DNA of 64,000 nucleotides from positions 62,001 through 126,000 of the forward strand of contig NW_020845410.1 in NCBI RefSeq assembly GCF_003704095.1. Reading direction: 5' to 3'. Of this stretch, positions 36,201 through 47,700 are shown piece by piece. The position numbers were made by a program, and so were the translations under genes. The notes beneath the pieces were generated by a model that made no database searches, had not been told where the DNA came from, and saw only the letters and a program-made list of their open reading frames with translations. Within the stretch, counting starts at the first letter, position 1. Each line of letters begins with the position of its first letter. The DNA is from Pocillopora damicornis (taxonomy: Eukaryota).

Positions 36201-39200
36201 GTCAGGACATTCAGGGCCAATATTACTTCAGCAGAGATAATCGTAGCAAAATTAACTGTAAAGCAAAGAACTGGAGAAGATTCCTTGGCAGAAAACTGGT
36301 TGTAAAGCTGAGAGTCCTGGAGTTCCAGGTTCAATAGAATCTCATGAACAGTGCAAACCATAATGAGTTCAAAGCAAAATACCAGCAAATGTAGTTGCTT
36401 GTTGACCTCAACGTTCAGCTTTTTGCCCAATTACTAGCCTATTACTAGGGATGGTTGCTTTCAATTAAACGGAGAAAGTTCATAAGGAACTTTACAAGCT
36501 GTTACACGAAGATGCCATTGAAGGTGAGTATAATCTAACACCTTGGGCAAACCTTGTTGTGGTAGTGCAAAATGCAAATGATGGATTGAAATCATTTGTG
36601 AAAGATTTCTAATTCCTGAAATTGAAGGAGTGCTAAATGAAATGCATGAAGGAAAGGGAAACCCCAGCATTTGAACTACCTGAGAAGAGTCCTGTGGTAT
36701 TAATGAATTTGTTACACACAGAGGTTCTCTCAGATATCACTCCTTTGCCAAAGAGTGATCACCATTGATTCAGCAAGTATTGCAACATGACAGCGCATTG
36801 TCTACTCAATGGCATGTGTTCCATCAGAGCTGTTTCTTGGAAGGAAATTCTGCTCCAATTGCCAGATTTGTGTACAGCCATAATGATTATATTTGATAGG
36901 GGAGGGAGGGATCACAAAAAAGGCAATAAGGTAGAGGAGTATGCAGACAGCATATGCAATTCCTGTGAGGGTAAAATACTGGAAGGTAAGCAGAGCTCTC
37001 CCAAAACAAACACAAGAACTTCCCTCAGGAGAAGTCAATCCTAAAGATGCAGTTGACAATGTAATGGTTGTTGTAGTGCACTTATTGAGGTATATGATAG
37101 AGTCATGCTGGAGAAACACAGCTAAAGTGAAGCCTAGCCAAGAAAGAGCTTATCCAGTGCACAGCTCCAACAAGAGAGTTGTCCCAGGAGGACAACAGTG
37201 GATATGTGGCACTAAGCCATGCGGACATTATCACAGGATAATGGTAAAGGCAAGGAACCTTAGCAGAGGGGCAGAATTGATATAGCATACCCTCTAACAA
37301 GTTTACAAATCTACTTTAGAGCATGTCAGTCTACCTCAAGCAAGTAAACAGGGGATGTGGTTGCAGCTATGTTACATTAAATGTGTCAAGTTGTGTTTCA
37401 CTCCATGTCCACCTTTGCTCCTTTGCTGTAATCTTATACTGCACTAACAATTTGATTGAGTTAATTTGGAGTTATATCACTAAAGCACCATCAAATAAAA
37501 GATATCAACTGGGGGATATCATTTGATTTTACACCAGATTCTTAAAGCTAAGAATATAACAAAGGTATAGCCGACAGTGTGGAAAATTAAATGTTTAGAT
37601 CTTAGGAGTACAAATTATTGACAGCAAAGGTACACTCGTTTAAATACACAAATATCACAGTGCAGATCCTTTTCAATGTTCTTCAAACAAAAGAAAAGGA
37701 TACCCACTTTAAAAAAAATATATAGACAATAATTTACAACTAATAAAAGTGCCAAAACAATATTGAAATTACATGAATGACATTACATTCAATTTAGGTC
37801 CAAAATACATGATAACTTTAACATCAGTGTTGCAACTCTGATGATGACCTCTGTTCAGATTGTAAAACCTTACAGTCCTTTCCAAGACTATCCTCCTCGC
37901 AAAATTACACTATACAATTGACAGGTACTTTTGGGTTTAAACCCTATTCTGTAGCACTAGGTAAAAAGCTAGAAAGAAAAAACTGAATATTTTATTACAA
38001 ATTCAACCATGTACAAGTACAAATAAACAGAGAACATATACTCAATTTTGGTTCCTCCAACTCACAAGCATGAATCAACAAGAGCTGATCCACTTAGCTG
38101 ACTCTCATTATCTGACAGATCCTGTTCATCACCAATACTTCCTGGCCCCTGATTTCCACGCCAAACAAAGGAATCGTCGGTGGAACTGTTGACAAAAGCA
38201 ACTTATCATCATCCCAAATAATCACACCAGTTCTTTCTACATTTTATCTCTCATGTACAAGTCAATATTATCACATGGCAACTCAAGCCCTTTCTAAATC
38301 CTCATCATATGTTAAAATGTATCCAAGCATAAAAACCTTCAAAGAGAGTATCAGCTGATTTATTCAAAAAATTTTCCTTAAAGAAAAAAAAACTTTATTA
38401 GTGTGAAAAAAATTTGATCATGAAAAGATATTTTGTTTCTAGAGCTTCTTCGTTGTCATTCTTTAAACAAAGCCACTGGACAGAATTGTGACTGGCATTC
38501 ACCTTTCACCTATGCCCCTTAGCTGTAGCATTTACATCACTTTAACAAGTAATTCATCTGTTCTGCAGTAGAACACAGATGACATCAATTGTGGCACAAT
38601 GGAATCCCTTTACTTTATATAAAAAAGAAGCAAGGTATTCTAGCTCATAAGGAAAAACACACCAACTACAAGGTAATGAAACATAAATCGCAAAAAAAAA
38701 AAAACCTGAAACCAAATACACTTTGTTTTACCTAAGTTGAGTTTCTTTACTACATGTTTAAGGAAATTTCTTAGGAATCCTTCCCAATAAGGGGATATTT
38801 CAGGGAAGTTCTCATTATAACTAAAAAATTTGCATGATTAAAAGCACCTCGATACTTAAATATCAGAGGAATTGCCATGTTTATTGAGGTCAAATTATTA
38901 TAAATGGAAAATTTGAGTCTGATAAAAAGTTTAGTTCACCTTATTTCCTATAACTTTACTTATGCGCCGTGGTCTGAAAAAATGTTCGCGGCAAAGAAAG
39001 AATGTTGTCGCTATTAAAATAGAGCAGATAATGGAGTCTAAACCTGCCTTATCCATCAAAATTTAAGGCCTTCAGTTTATGACTATGACCTTAAGTTCAT
39101 TGAAACTTGCAAAAGGAAGATAAATACATTTTAATTGTTTCCTAACCTTTGTATTTTAAACTGAGGCTTGTATCTGTCAAAAGATAATCTAATTAGTCAC

Positions 39201-41003
39201 AAACATTTTCAATGCTTCTTTTAGAAAATGAACCAAGGAAACCTATCAGTCCAAAAAGAATCATAACAGTTGCTCTTGTACATCCTGTGCAGTAACTTCA
39301 AACAATTTCTTGGCTAAATACAAATTACATCTGGAAATTCACATTCTAGAAAACTGTCAACAGTTTGACACCTCAGCCAAAAATATTTCACACTTTGGAA
39401 CATTCCATGTAATTTAATGGCAACACCGCAAAGATCTCTATTACTTGACGTCAAAAACCAGAAAAGGAATTAAAAAATTAATTTGGCGACGAATATTTTC
39501 TAAAAACCACAACAATGAATTGTAAACTGGAAAACGTCCTTCAGTTTTGACGAAACAACAAAGAATTTGACGATGAACTAGGACATAGTTTACTCCTAAG
39601 AACAATAGCACTTGTACAAATCAAACAGTACCTGCACGGAAAATTATCCAAACACATTTATCATAGAATATCGATTTCGGCCACAGGAGTCATTAAGAAA
39701 TATCAGTACCACTGTTTTTTAATAAAAAAAAAACCCTTTCCACGTTTCTTTAAACCCTAATGGGCTCAAAAGCTTAAGTTCTCTAAGAGATCAAATCAAT
39801 CAGCAATCATTATACCCGTTACGATCTCTTAGATCTCCCTTCCTCACGCAGTTTAATGGAAAGTGAATGTTGCCAGCAGGACGAGATCCAAGAGAAATTA
39901 TTCGTAAAACACAGATAAGGAAATTTTAAGAATGATCCAACTTCGACACTTCAAACAATTTGGTTATCAATGTTTCTGTTTAAAGACTTCAGAATACCTG
40001 GAATTACGTACATAAGATACTGTAGTTTTAGAAAAATTCCTACATTGTAGGTTTAAAACTGTTAAATCTTTCAATATAAAAGCAAACCTCTATGAATCAT
40101 GCTCTAAAAATCACCAATCTTTACCAATTAAGGGAATATTTGAAATATAAAAACAAATTGAATGGTGAAAGCTCTACTAAACCAGTTGTCACCATTAACT
40201 GCCCTCGCTTGACATGGGTTTTAACGAGTGAAATGTGATGTCCTCCGTCCGATCTCAAGGGGATTTAAGCTGGGGTTTACCGGCAAAGTAGATTCGAATT
40301 TCAAAATCTAAAGTAAGCATTCGAGACAACTCACAATAGCCTTACACCAACGTACAACAGCAAACCCATGGCTTAGCAATAATTTCAAGCTGAGAAGGTT
40401 CTTATATAAATTCAAATTACTCGCAGGTAAGTTTCCGTGCACAAAGCAAATGTTCAATATTACCTCCCCATCGAGCTCACACTTGCTGTTTCGGAGCCAT
40501 ATTTACACTGCAATAGAAAAACAAGTGACGTTAAATCCCATTAAAAGTTTACTGTCGTCGAATAGCTTCTATCGAAAGACGAAAGTGTTCGATAGGAAAG
40601 CTGGTATTCGATCAAAACTTTATGGAGATCAAAGTTTACCTTTTCCAATTGATGAGCCACGTTTCTGCGCTCTTGTTCCAATTCTCGAGAAAGCATTTCA
40701 AAGTGAGCTTCCTGTCACAAGGGAAAAGTAAATCATGAGAGTGTTTACAAGCTCACTCGCTAAATATGTTCAACGAAAATGGTCGATCGAGAAAGTTACT
40801 CATAAGTAATGCGACCTCAAATTCAACACAAAGACAGCAACTGCACACGTAAATCCACAGACAACCACTACCAAAGATTGATGATGATTTATATATCGCC
40901 TAACTCATTCAAAAATTACGAAAATCAAGCTCACCTGCTGTCGGACGGAACGAAGAAGTTTCGCAGCAGAATCATCGTTGTATTCGCGTCCTCTAATCGA
41001 CAT
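8041..41003 (-). CDS. CTNND2: p120/delta-catenin family protein (CTNND2/ARVCF/PKP4-like) with six inserted PLAT domains; 32 coding exons, ~1914 aa
   Basis: Exons 5'->3': 40935-41003, 40640-40711, 40464-40507, 38066-38185, 32262-32297, 30962-31080, 30087-30452, 29175-29330, [PLAT1-3: 26205-26395, 25741-25924, 24961-25148, 24271-24460, 23533-23726, 22837-23005], 21717-21987, 20983-21314, [PLAT4-6: 19876-20069, 19184-19358, 18422-18612, 17840-18017, 16487-16680, 15833-15995], 15126-15267, 14424-14544, 13566-13634, 12807-12854, 11636-11911, 10787-11140, 9928-10078, 9559-9697, 9218-9311, 8041-8595. Total 5745 nt, all phases consistent. The N-terminus [45 protein letters not shown]...LVDSCLKVLQERG matches delta-catenin. 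ARM motifs include [54 protein letters not shown] and [14 protein letters not shown]. The protein ends in DSWV. The symbol marks the closest vertebrate paralogue, not proven 1:1 orthology. Confidence 0.93.
12090..12395 (-). mobile_element. ~300-bp interspersed repeat with 12-bp subterminal inverted repeats and tRNA-like core (possibly Helentron-associated), CpG-rich copy
   Basis: GCGGAGCTCGCA at 12117 and its inverse TGCGAGCTCCGC at 12379. An inverted homologous copy lies at 31905-32210. The family assignment is inference. Confidence 0.65.
15833..16680 (-). CDS. PLAT/LH2 domain 6 (exons 16487-16680, 15833-15995)
   Basis: [30 protein letters not shown]...KFQRG...DVGN / [22 protein letters not shown]...[20 protein letters not shown]. 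Confidence 0.92.
16870..17238. mobile_element. Interspersed repeat/MITE remnant in an intron
   Basis: GC-rich terminal motif ...GTTGCCGTCGCCGTCGTGGTTTGCTTAAGGTCCCT, with a degenerate inverted GACGGCAACG near 16890. Confidence 0.4.
17840..18612 (-). CDS. PLAT/LH2 domain 5 (exons 18422-18612, 17840-18017)
   Basis: [30 protein letters not shown]...[10 protein letters not shown]...DVGK / [22 protein letters not shown]...FPCHAWVAE. Confidence 0.92.
19184..20069 (-). CDS. PLAT/LH2 domain 4 (exons 19876-20069, 19184-19358)
   Basis: [30 protein letters not shown]...[10 protein letters not shown]...DIGK / [22 protein letters not shown]...[20 protein letters not shown]. Confidence 0.9.
22170..22275 (-). 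mobile_element. tRNA-derived SINE-like fragment
   Basis: Minus strand has A-box-like TAGCTCAGTGATA and B-box-like GGTTCGGCCCC followed by a T-run. Other tRNA-like fragments lie near 19045-19105, 53540-53615 and 61695-61735. No full cloverleaf. Confidence 0.5.
22837..23726 (-). CDS. PLAT/LH2 domain 3 (exons 23533-23726, 22837-23005)
   Basis: [30 protein letters not shown]...[10 protein letters not shown]...DVGK / [22 protein letters not shown]...[20 protein letters not shown]. The final donor GTCGTG is weak. Confidence 0.92.
24271..25148 (-). CDS. PLAT/LH2 domain 2 (exons 24961-25148, 24271-24460)
   Basis: [28 protein letters not shown]...[10 protein letters not shown]...NIGK / [22 protein letters not shown]...[20 protein letters not shown]. 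Confidence 0.9.
25741..26395 (-). CDS. PLAT/LH2 domain 1 (exons 26205-26395, 25741-25924)
   Basis: [30 protein letters not shown]...[10 protein letters not shown]...DIGK / [22 protein letters not shown]...[20 protein letters not shown]. Confidence 0.92.
31905..32210 (+). mobile_element. Second, CpG-decayed copy of the ~300-bp repeat at 12090-12395
   Basis: Colinear with the reverse complement of 12090-12395 from tagcagagcttgcagagcatagc to ggcttggctaaatctatatatta. Confidence 0.8.
35800..37300 (-). pseudogene. Heavily decayed retroelement (possibly Penelope-like RT) in an intron
   Basis: More GC-rich than its surroundings. Broken frames give motif-like fragments in the expected order: [28 protein letters not shown]...IHNGSI, YL.....HP. 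Many stops; weak evidence. Confidence 0.3.
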
Positions 41004-41252
41004 GATCACAAACTGCAAGTTCACTTCGACCAGGTTAGACAAATGGACAAAGCGAATTTTACGATTTGAAGATACTTCTTTCGGTTTGACAACTTCTCAA
41101 ACAGAAACAAAAAAGTAGCGGTGAAACTGCTCACAAACTCAAAAAGATTTCATGTCCTTCACACTATATTGCGACGCGGTGACAAACATTGGGCCTTACT
41201 GACCCTCCCAGGGGTTTACCGGTTTTCAAAAACTTGTCAGTCAAATTCTGCC

Positions 41253-41266
41253 GTTGCCATGGCAAT
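41253..41266. promoter_or_regulatory. RFX X-box-like palindrome ~250 bp upstream of the delta-catenin ATG
   Basis: GTTGCCATGGCAAT matches the consensus GTTGCCATGGCAAC at 13 of 14 positions, within a CpG-rich region. Confidence 0.5.
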
Positions 41267-43039
41267 GCTTCCCGCGTCGACCACGAACCGGAAGAAGACT
41301 TAGTTCGCATCAAAACAAAGAATTCCTCTTCTTCCGAAATAAATTTATCTTAAATTCCGCCGAAAGAGATTTTTTCCGAGAAGACTATAAAAAGATGTCG
41401 AAGATTTCATTTTTGTTCGAATAGCTTAAATCTTCACAACCTCACGGCATTGACGGAGTTTCTGGCGATATTACGTTCAGAGTAAAGAACCGATAAGTCG
41501 TTTCCTTTAGCTTTTTGAACCATAAGAAATAAGATTTATTGGCCATCCATCAATTGTCAGAGTAATCTTAGATAAAGTACCATACCTGATAAACAAAAGA
41601 ATATTGACAAAAAAAATCACACCATGAAGTATTAAAGATCAACTGACAAATGAGTCAACTGAGATAGGAGGTTCTTGCTTCGAAATTCACGCAGGCAATC
41701 GTGGTTTCTTGTACTCAGAAGTGCGGCCGGTTTCGAAAACTCTTCATGTTGGCCTTTCAAGAGAATCTAGCTCCAAGCGCTTTTGTAAAATTGCAGCCAG
41801 GCATAATTCTCGATTTAACTTTTTTAAATGAAAAGGATGAACTGTTATCATCTACCCGTTTACAGAAAATTAGTGATAACTCAAATGAAATGCTGAAAGA
41901 TCTTTCAAATTAACTTAAGGCTATTCGTGGGCGACAAAAGAACTCATTTGCTGTTATCACAGTTTTAAATCTTACTTTCTATTAAATGCTAAAAGGTCAA
42001 ATGTTTCATTAGGGTGAGGTCTGTAACGCCAATAATTTTCACGGCATGATTTCGATTTGCTTATGTTTTTCTAAGCCCAAAAATGATTTAATTTAGCCCA
42101 AATTGCTACCTAAACACAAGGAACTGAAAAAATCATGAAAGAAGTATCAAAACTTATAATTCATTATCGCTGCTTTGGATAAGGATCTTGGTAAATTTTC
42201 GATCGAATTTCTAACTTGAGCAATAAAGTTTAAAGACGACTGTTCACAAGATTGCGAGAAATATCAACAACAATCGGCTTAACTGCAAGCCGACAGGTTT
42301 ATTCTAAATTGCAAAGTACTCTGATGGAGCTATTTCGAGAATTCAAAAGGAAATTGTACGCGATATTGGCTCTCCACACTACCAGGGATATGTGACGCTC
42401 AAGAGCAACGAATATTTACATACATAGTAGGTAAATCAAAAGCAATAACGAACAAAGACGGAAAAATAGAGAGAGAATATTTTAAACGAAATGACAGCTC
42501 AGTTAGAGATAGATTTTAAACGATGTACCTCCAACGGCAAAAACTTGACCCATCGAGGAATTACCATGGATCGAGGGCCATTTTTAAATAGGATAACCTT
42601 AAACCAGACCTCTCTGATTTAGCTTCAAGTGTGAAGATTAATTACCGCTTTTCAGAATACTCATATCATTAACTTAAGTTTGCGGTTCTTGCTCGAATGA
42701 AACTAAATGGCATACCGATTGCATGTGTTAAATATTTTCCTTGATATAACGTACAAATACCACTTCATAACAAAGAATTTCATTGTTTGACTATGAGTTT
42801 CTCAAAAGGTATTTGCATTCTAAGGTCTTTGATCCAGAGAAGAGAAAACCGACTTGTTTACCAAAAACAGAAAGTTAAATTTCAATATAGGGCAGCGTTC
42901 TCCACTGTTTGTTTCGAATGTTCGTTTGGTAGTCTGTCCACGAGCTCTAAGTGCTATGCACATTATCAACTGCTCCAAGAGCAATTTTTCAGCAGTTTGA
43001 AGGCAGAAATGTAAACAAACGAAAGAGAAAACGACTCAC

Positions 43040-43440
43040 CTTATAAATCTGTGTGCTTTTCTGAATTAAATTGGCGTGATTTCCTTCACGATCGCCTCGA
43101 ATCTTGTCGCTTGTCACCCTGAAGAATCACGCAATATAAATCGCGCACCAAAATAGATACCACTTAATTTAGCGCAGAAACAGATGCGGAAAATTCTTCG
43201 ATGGAAAAATGTTAAGATTGGCGCCAAATACTGAAACGCAAGCTCCGAGGATTACGATGTCTACAAACTACACGCACCGAACGGACATCAAGATATGAAT
43301 TGACTACCTACGCAAGGTACTCAAGATATGCAAATTAGTAGAAAATCATATGCAAAAGCCGCCGACAAAATAAATCCTTTTAATTTATGGTTATCAGTAA
43401 AGCCCCAACAATACATGGCTTAGCCAATGGGCGGAGATGT
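43040..43440 (-). promoter_or_regulatory. Probable non-coding first exon and promoter of the delta-catenin gene
   Basis: Perfect donor AAG|GTGAGT at 43039 and CpG-rich sequence. Octamer ATGCAAAT at 43328-43335, direct repeat TCAAGATATG at 43288 and 43321, CCAAT plus GC box near 43421-43435. Confidence 0.4.
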
Positions 43441-44708
43441 TTTTGTATAATTTTAGATATTGTCTGGGTTTTGAATACTGTCTTCCATCAGCACTGCAAT
43501 ATCTCCGGCTCAGCTTGGATGTCACTCGTGGAGAAATGAGTAATACAAGAGGCCACTCGCTAAGACGATCATAGTAGTAATATTTTGGCATAAATATTTT
43601 TTGACGTGACCGGAAGGAAATTCTCTCTCAAAAAGGTGGAAGTAAATGTTCAGAAATGCTGAGAGGGCTGAAAAAATTACGACAAGAGTGGGACTAAGGC
43701 CTTTGCCCCGCAGAATCGGTAAGAAAATTAAACTGATAGAAAAATAGGAGATAAATGAATCTAAGTGGTCTATAAACTAAACCTTCAATAAAAGAAAAAT
43801 ATAGTCCGTGCCGAACTGTGATTTATCTTTTTTATGTTTTTTTTTAAAGAAACTCGAAGATGGTGAACAAGACTTGAGCTACGAAAGAAACGAGTGTACA
43901 CAGCTACACGATTAAACAGGCGAAAAGGGGCAGAGACCGTCACCCAGAGCTGTCCAATTCTATCTTCCTGTACTCTTCTGAGGAATCTATCAATTAATTT
44001 GTGCTAGTAGAAATAAGACTAGATGGCATCAGAAACAAACGTGATCTGTCGCAGAACACATCAGCCAGGAAAGGGAAGAAGAGTGTGGTGCAGATAGCGA
44101 AGTGCCCGACCACTGCTGTTACTTTACACCTTAACATCAGTATGTAAATTCTCCAGATTGTTCTTTATACATTAACTAAGGCGCTGAGCAGGAGAATTGA
44201 ATTGTTTAACAATCAAGAGTTTCATCTTTTTTTTTTATTCTGGTGACCTGAATTTTCGATTCAGGGGTGAAGAGAATTAGATGCTAGTCATCTTTAAGAA
44301 TCAAAGGTTAATGATGCAGGATGCTGTCGCGGGCTGATGGCAGAATGGACTCAGTAAGAATGTACTTTGTTTGTTTTGAAAAGCATCGATGAGTATTTTT
44401 AAATATTTAAATGTTTTAAATATTTAAAAATACTTAAAAGTACCTCGGTAAAAATCATCTGGCGGCGGGGTGTTGATTGAAAAAAAAACAAAGGCTCTAT
44501 TAAACAAACGGATTTATTGAACTGATATCTGGTTCGATTGACTCTGTTTAGAATTAAGGAACAAGGAAAGAGAATGTCAATATTGCTCAACGTAAAAAAA
44601 AAATGATAAGTGTTCAGATTCGATAATTATTTTACAAGGATTTGGCAAGACATTATTTTAAAAAAAGAGTCCAACAAAAAATTAATTCAAACATTCGTAT
44701 TTTGAAAT

Positions 44709-47700
44709 TTAACTCTCTTTATCGACTGAGTTATTCCTCTCAAGGCAAACTCCATCCAAGGAATTTTTCACCGAAAGACTTCCTTGCGAGGCTCGCCTAT
44801 GTTGTGAGGGAGCTGGACCCGAGGAGGGTCGTACTGGGGGACTAACCCTATCAGACGTCACCCCACTTGCGACGCTAGCACCATCAAGCCATGCACCCGA
44901 CACTTTATGTCTGAGGTCAGCGGCTGTATCACTTGACAAACTGAGTATGCTAGAATCTGATTGGGTGGCACGGATTCCCACTGAGTCCTGGGATGAGGTA
45001 GCAATTAACAGAGATCTCCTCGGAGATGGTACTTTTGGTTGGAGGCTAGTTGGTGGAGATGGACTCATTCCAGAGCCACATGGGATGTTTTGTGCCGAGG
45101 TGGAACCTCTGGATAATTTCTCCATAGAGGAGACGGCTCTTGATACGCCTGTGGAGGAAAAAGATAGACAAAAAGGAAAATTAGTAATTCGGTATTCAAT
45201 AAGATACTGTGTTATGAAATTGCACAGCCTTACTCAACTTACCTCCACTTAAGTGTCCAGTAGAACCTTGCCGTGAACCTAAATTGTCAGATGATGAAAC
45301 ACTTTGAACCATGAAGTCCACAGTGTCTATCACTGTTCTGGAAACCTTGCCAGTGGGAAGCCTCCCTTTACTGAGCCTTTGCATTCCAAGGCTTCCTTCG
45401 CTGTCACGCCTGAACTCTTTGCACGATCCATGACACGAGGGACGAGAATGAGCGAGGTCTTTAGTTGGCTCGCCCGTCGTGTCCAACATTTTCTGAACAA
45501 TATCATCAACAGTGTCGTGGATAGACCGTGACACGCTCCTTTTCCTTGACAAGGGGAAACCTTCGAAATTGATCATTGCTGTTTTTTTCGTACTGAATTG
45601 TTCAAGTTGCTTCTCCTCCGTTGCGGCATGAGTCATTTCAATAAGTTGCCCTTTCGTGTCTCCTTCCTCCGAAAAGCATTTCTCTCCGGTCGTTATGAAA
45701 ACACTCTGAAATTCCCTCTCGTCTTTGCCTCCGCCTTCCATAACCACATCCTCTTTCTCATTGTCCTTCAATACTGCCTTTTCTATAGAAGATTTTGTTG
45801 AGACTTTCGTCGAAATCGATTTTGGGCTCTTACGTTTGTCCGTGGAAACAGTAACGGTCCCTTTTTCTCCTGTTGCATCTGTGAACCTTCTCATGGTTGT
45901 CATGTCTACGCTAGAGGCCGGCCTTGAGTCTTCCTCAGCTCCTTCCGGAGTCAATCTCTTGTCCTGGATTAGTCTCTCTAAGCTACGAACACCTTTCTTG
46001 GAGCCCATGGTGATCTCAATATTCTTAGTTTTCCTCGATTCTTCACCAATCACCTGCACAATGTCTGATCTAAGTGCGATGTTCTCAACAGGGGATAAAA
46101 CCCTATTAGGATCACTTTTTTCCATCAATTTTTCAGGAGACCGTACCAAATCTTTTGACAATTTTCTATCGGCGGGTTCCGTTTTCATTGTAGCCTGCTC
46201 TGACTCCGGACCCTTTGCAGATTGGCTTGCAAGTGTTTTAACTATTGTCATAGAGGTCTTGGACAATGCTAACTCTGTATCATCAGGGGCTTTCAGAGAA
46301 GACGATGCACTTCCAGCTACTCTTCCGGTCGATCCAGAGGATAGAGTGGCCTCTTCTGAAGAAATAAGGGGGGAAACCTGAGCGTTTTCTTTGGACATAT
46401 TTGGAGAAAGTGAAATATTTTGTTCCGATGCATTCGAAGACTGGGTAGCTAATCCTTGAGAACCGCGTTCATTTGATGTAATTCTCTCAGAAGAATTTTG
46501 AGAAGATTGCCTGATTTTCTCCTTGGAAATACGTGACAGCACCTTTGTATTTTCAGTGGAAACACCTGGTGACTGCGTAACATCTCCCTTCGACGAACTC
46601 AGAGGCATCGTTGCATTTTCAAATGACCTACTTGATAGCTTTCTATCTTTCTCTTTGCAACCTCGTTTAGAAACGATGTTCTCGGTAGAGCCACGCGGCA
46701 ACAATGATACTTTCTCAAGAGATCCACGAGGCGACTTTGTTGTTGCTTCTATGGAGACACCTCGGGATGATAATACATTCTCTGCAGAAGAATGTTGTGA
46801 TCGTGTGATGTTTCCTTTGGAACTACGTTGGGACAATATGGCGTTTCTGGTAGAAGCACTTGTGGACAACGTTGTGTTTCTCTTTGATGTTGCAAAGGAC
46901 GAAACTATACTTTCTTTTGAAACAGTCGGTGAAGATATAACTTTCTGGCTTGAAGCACTTGTGGAGGAAGCTTTCGTTTGTTTTGACTCTCCTTGGGTCA
47001 AGGCTGCTATCTCGATCGACCTCCGGGAAGACGTAAGTCCTTTTTGCAAAGAGGCACTAGATGGAGTTGTCGTTTTCTCTGTGGAGGCATGAAGTTTAGA
47101 ACTTTTTGGAGACGTTTTGATTTGAGTTTTAGATGATTTTCCCTTTGAAAGTATAGCTTTCTCTACAGAAGCACGGGGGGACATTGTGGCTTTCGAAGGT
47201 GAGCTGCGAGCAGATTGGACAATCTTTGCATCTGTTGTGCGCTGTGAATTAGACGCGTTTCTCACCGACGGTTTAGGCGAAGATAAAGTCAGACTTTCTC
47301 CTGAACTTCGTCGAGATTCTTCCTTTTTAGACAGGGAACTTCGAGATGACACCGGTAATGACAACTTTTCAGCTGAGGCACGAGACGAATGTAAGGCTTT
47401 TCCAGTGTTAGACATCGATTCCCCTTTTAAAGACTCCTTCGAAGCCCTGAGAGAAGTCTGGGAGGGAAGATTGAGCTTTTGTATCGACGTTTCCTCATGA
47501 TGAGACGACGGGCCTTTAAGAGAGCTTGCACTCGACGAGGGCTTGCAGATTTTGGAGGCAGACTTACTTATATCTGGCAGACGAGAAGATAATGAAACTG
47601 AACGACGTCTTTTCGTTTCTTTACCCGAATAGACTTGTTCAGCGGCTACAAAGGAGTTTTTGGGAGATAAAGATGGCAGGCTTGTTACCGAACAAGTTGT

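Noticed and set aside
36802-37119. Hydrophobic 105-aa ORF suggesting a nested membrane-protein gene
   Set aside because: Flanked by in-frame stops with no coherent splice structure; better explained as decayed retroelement sequence.
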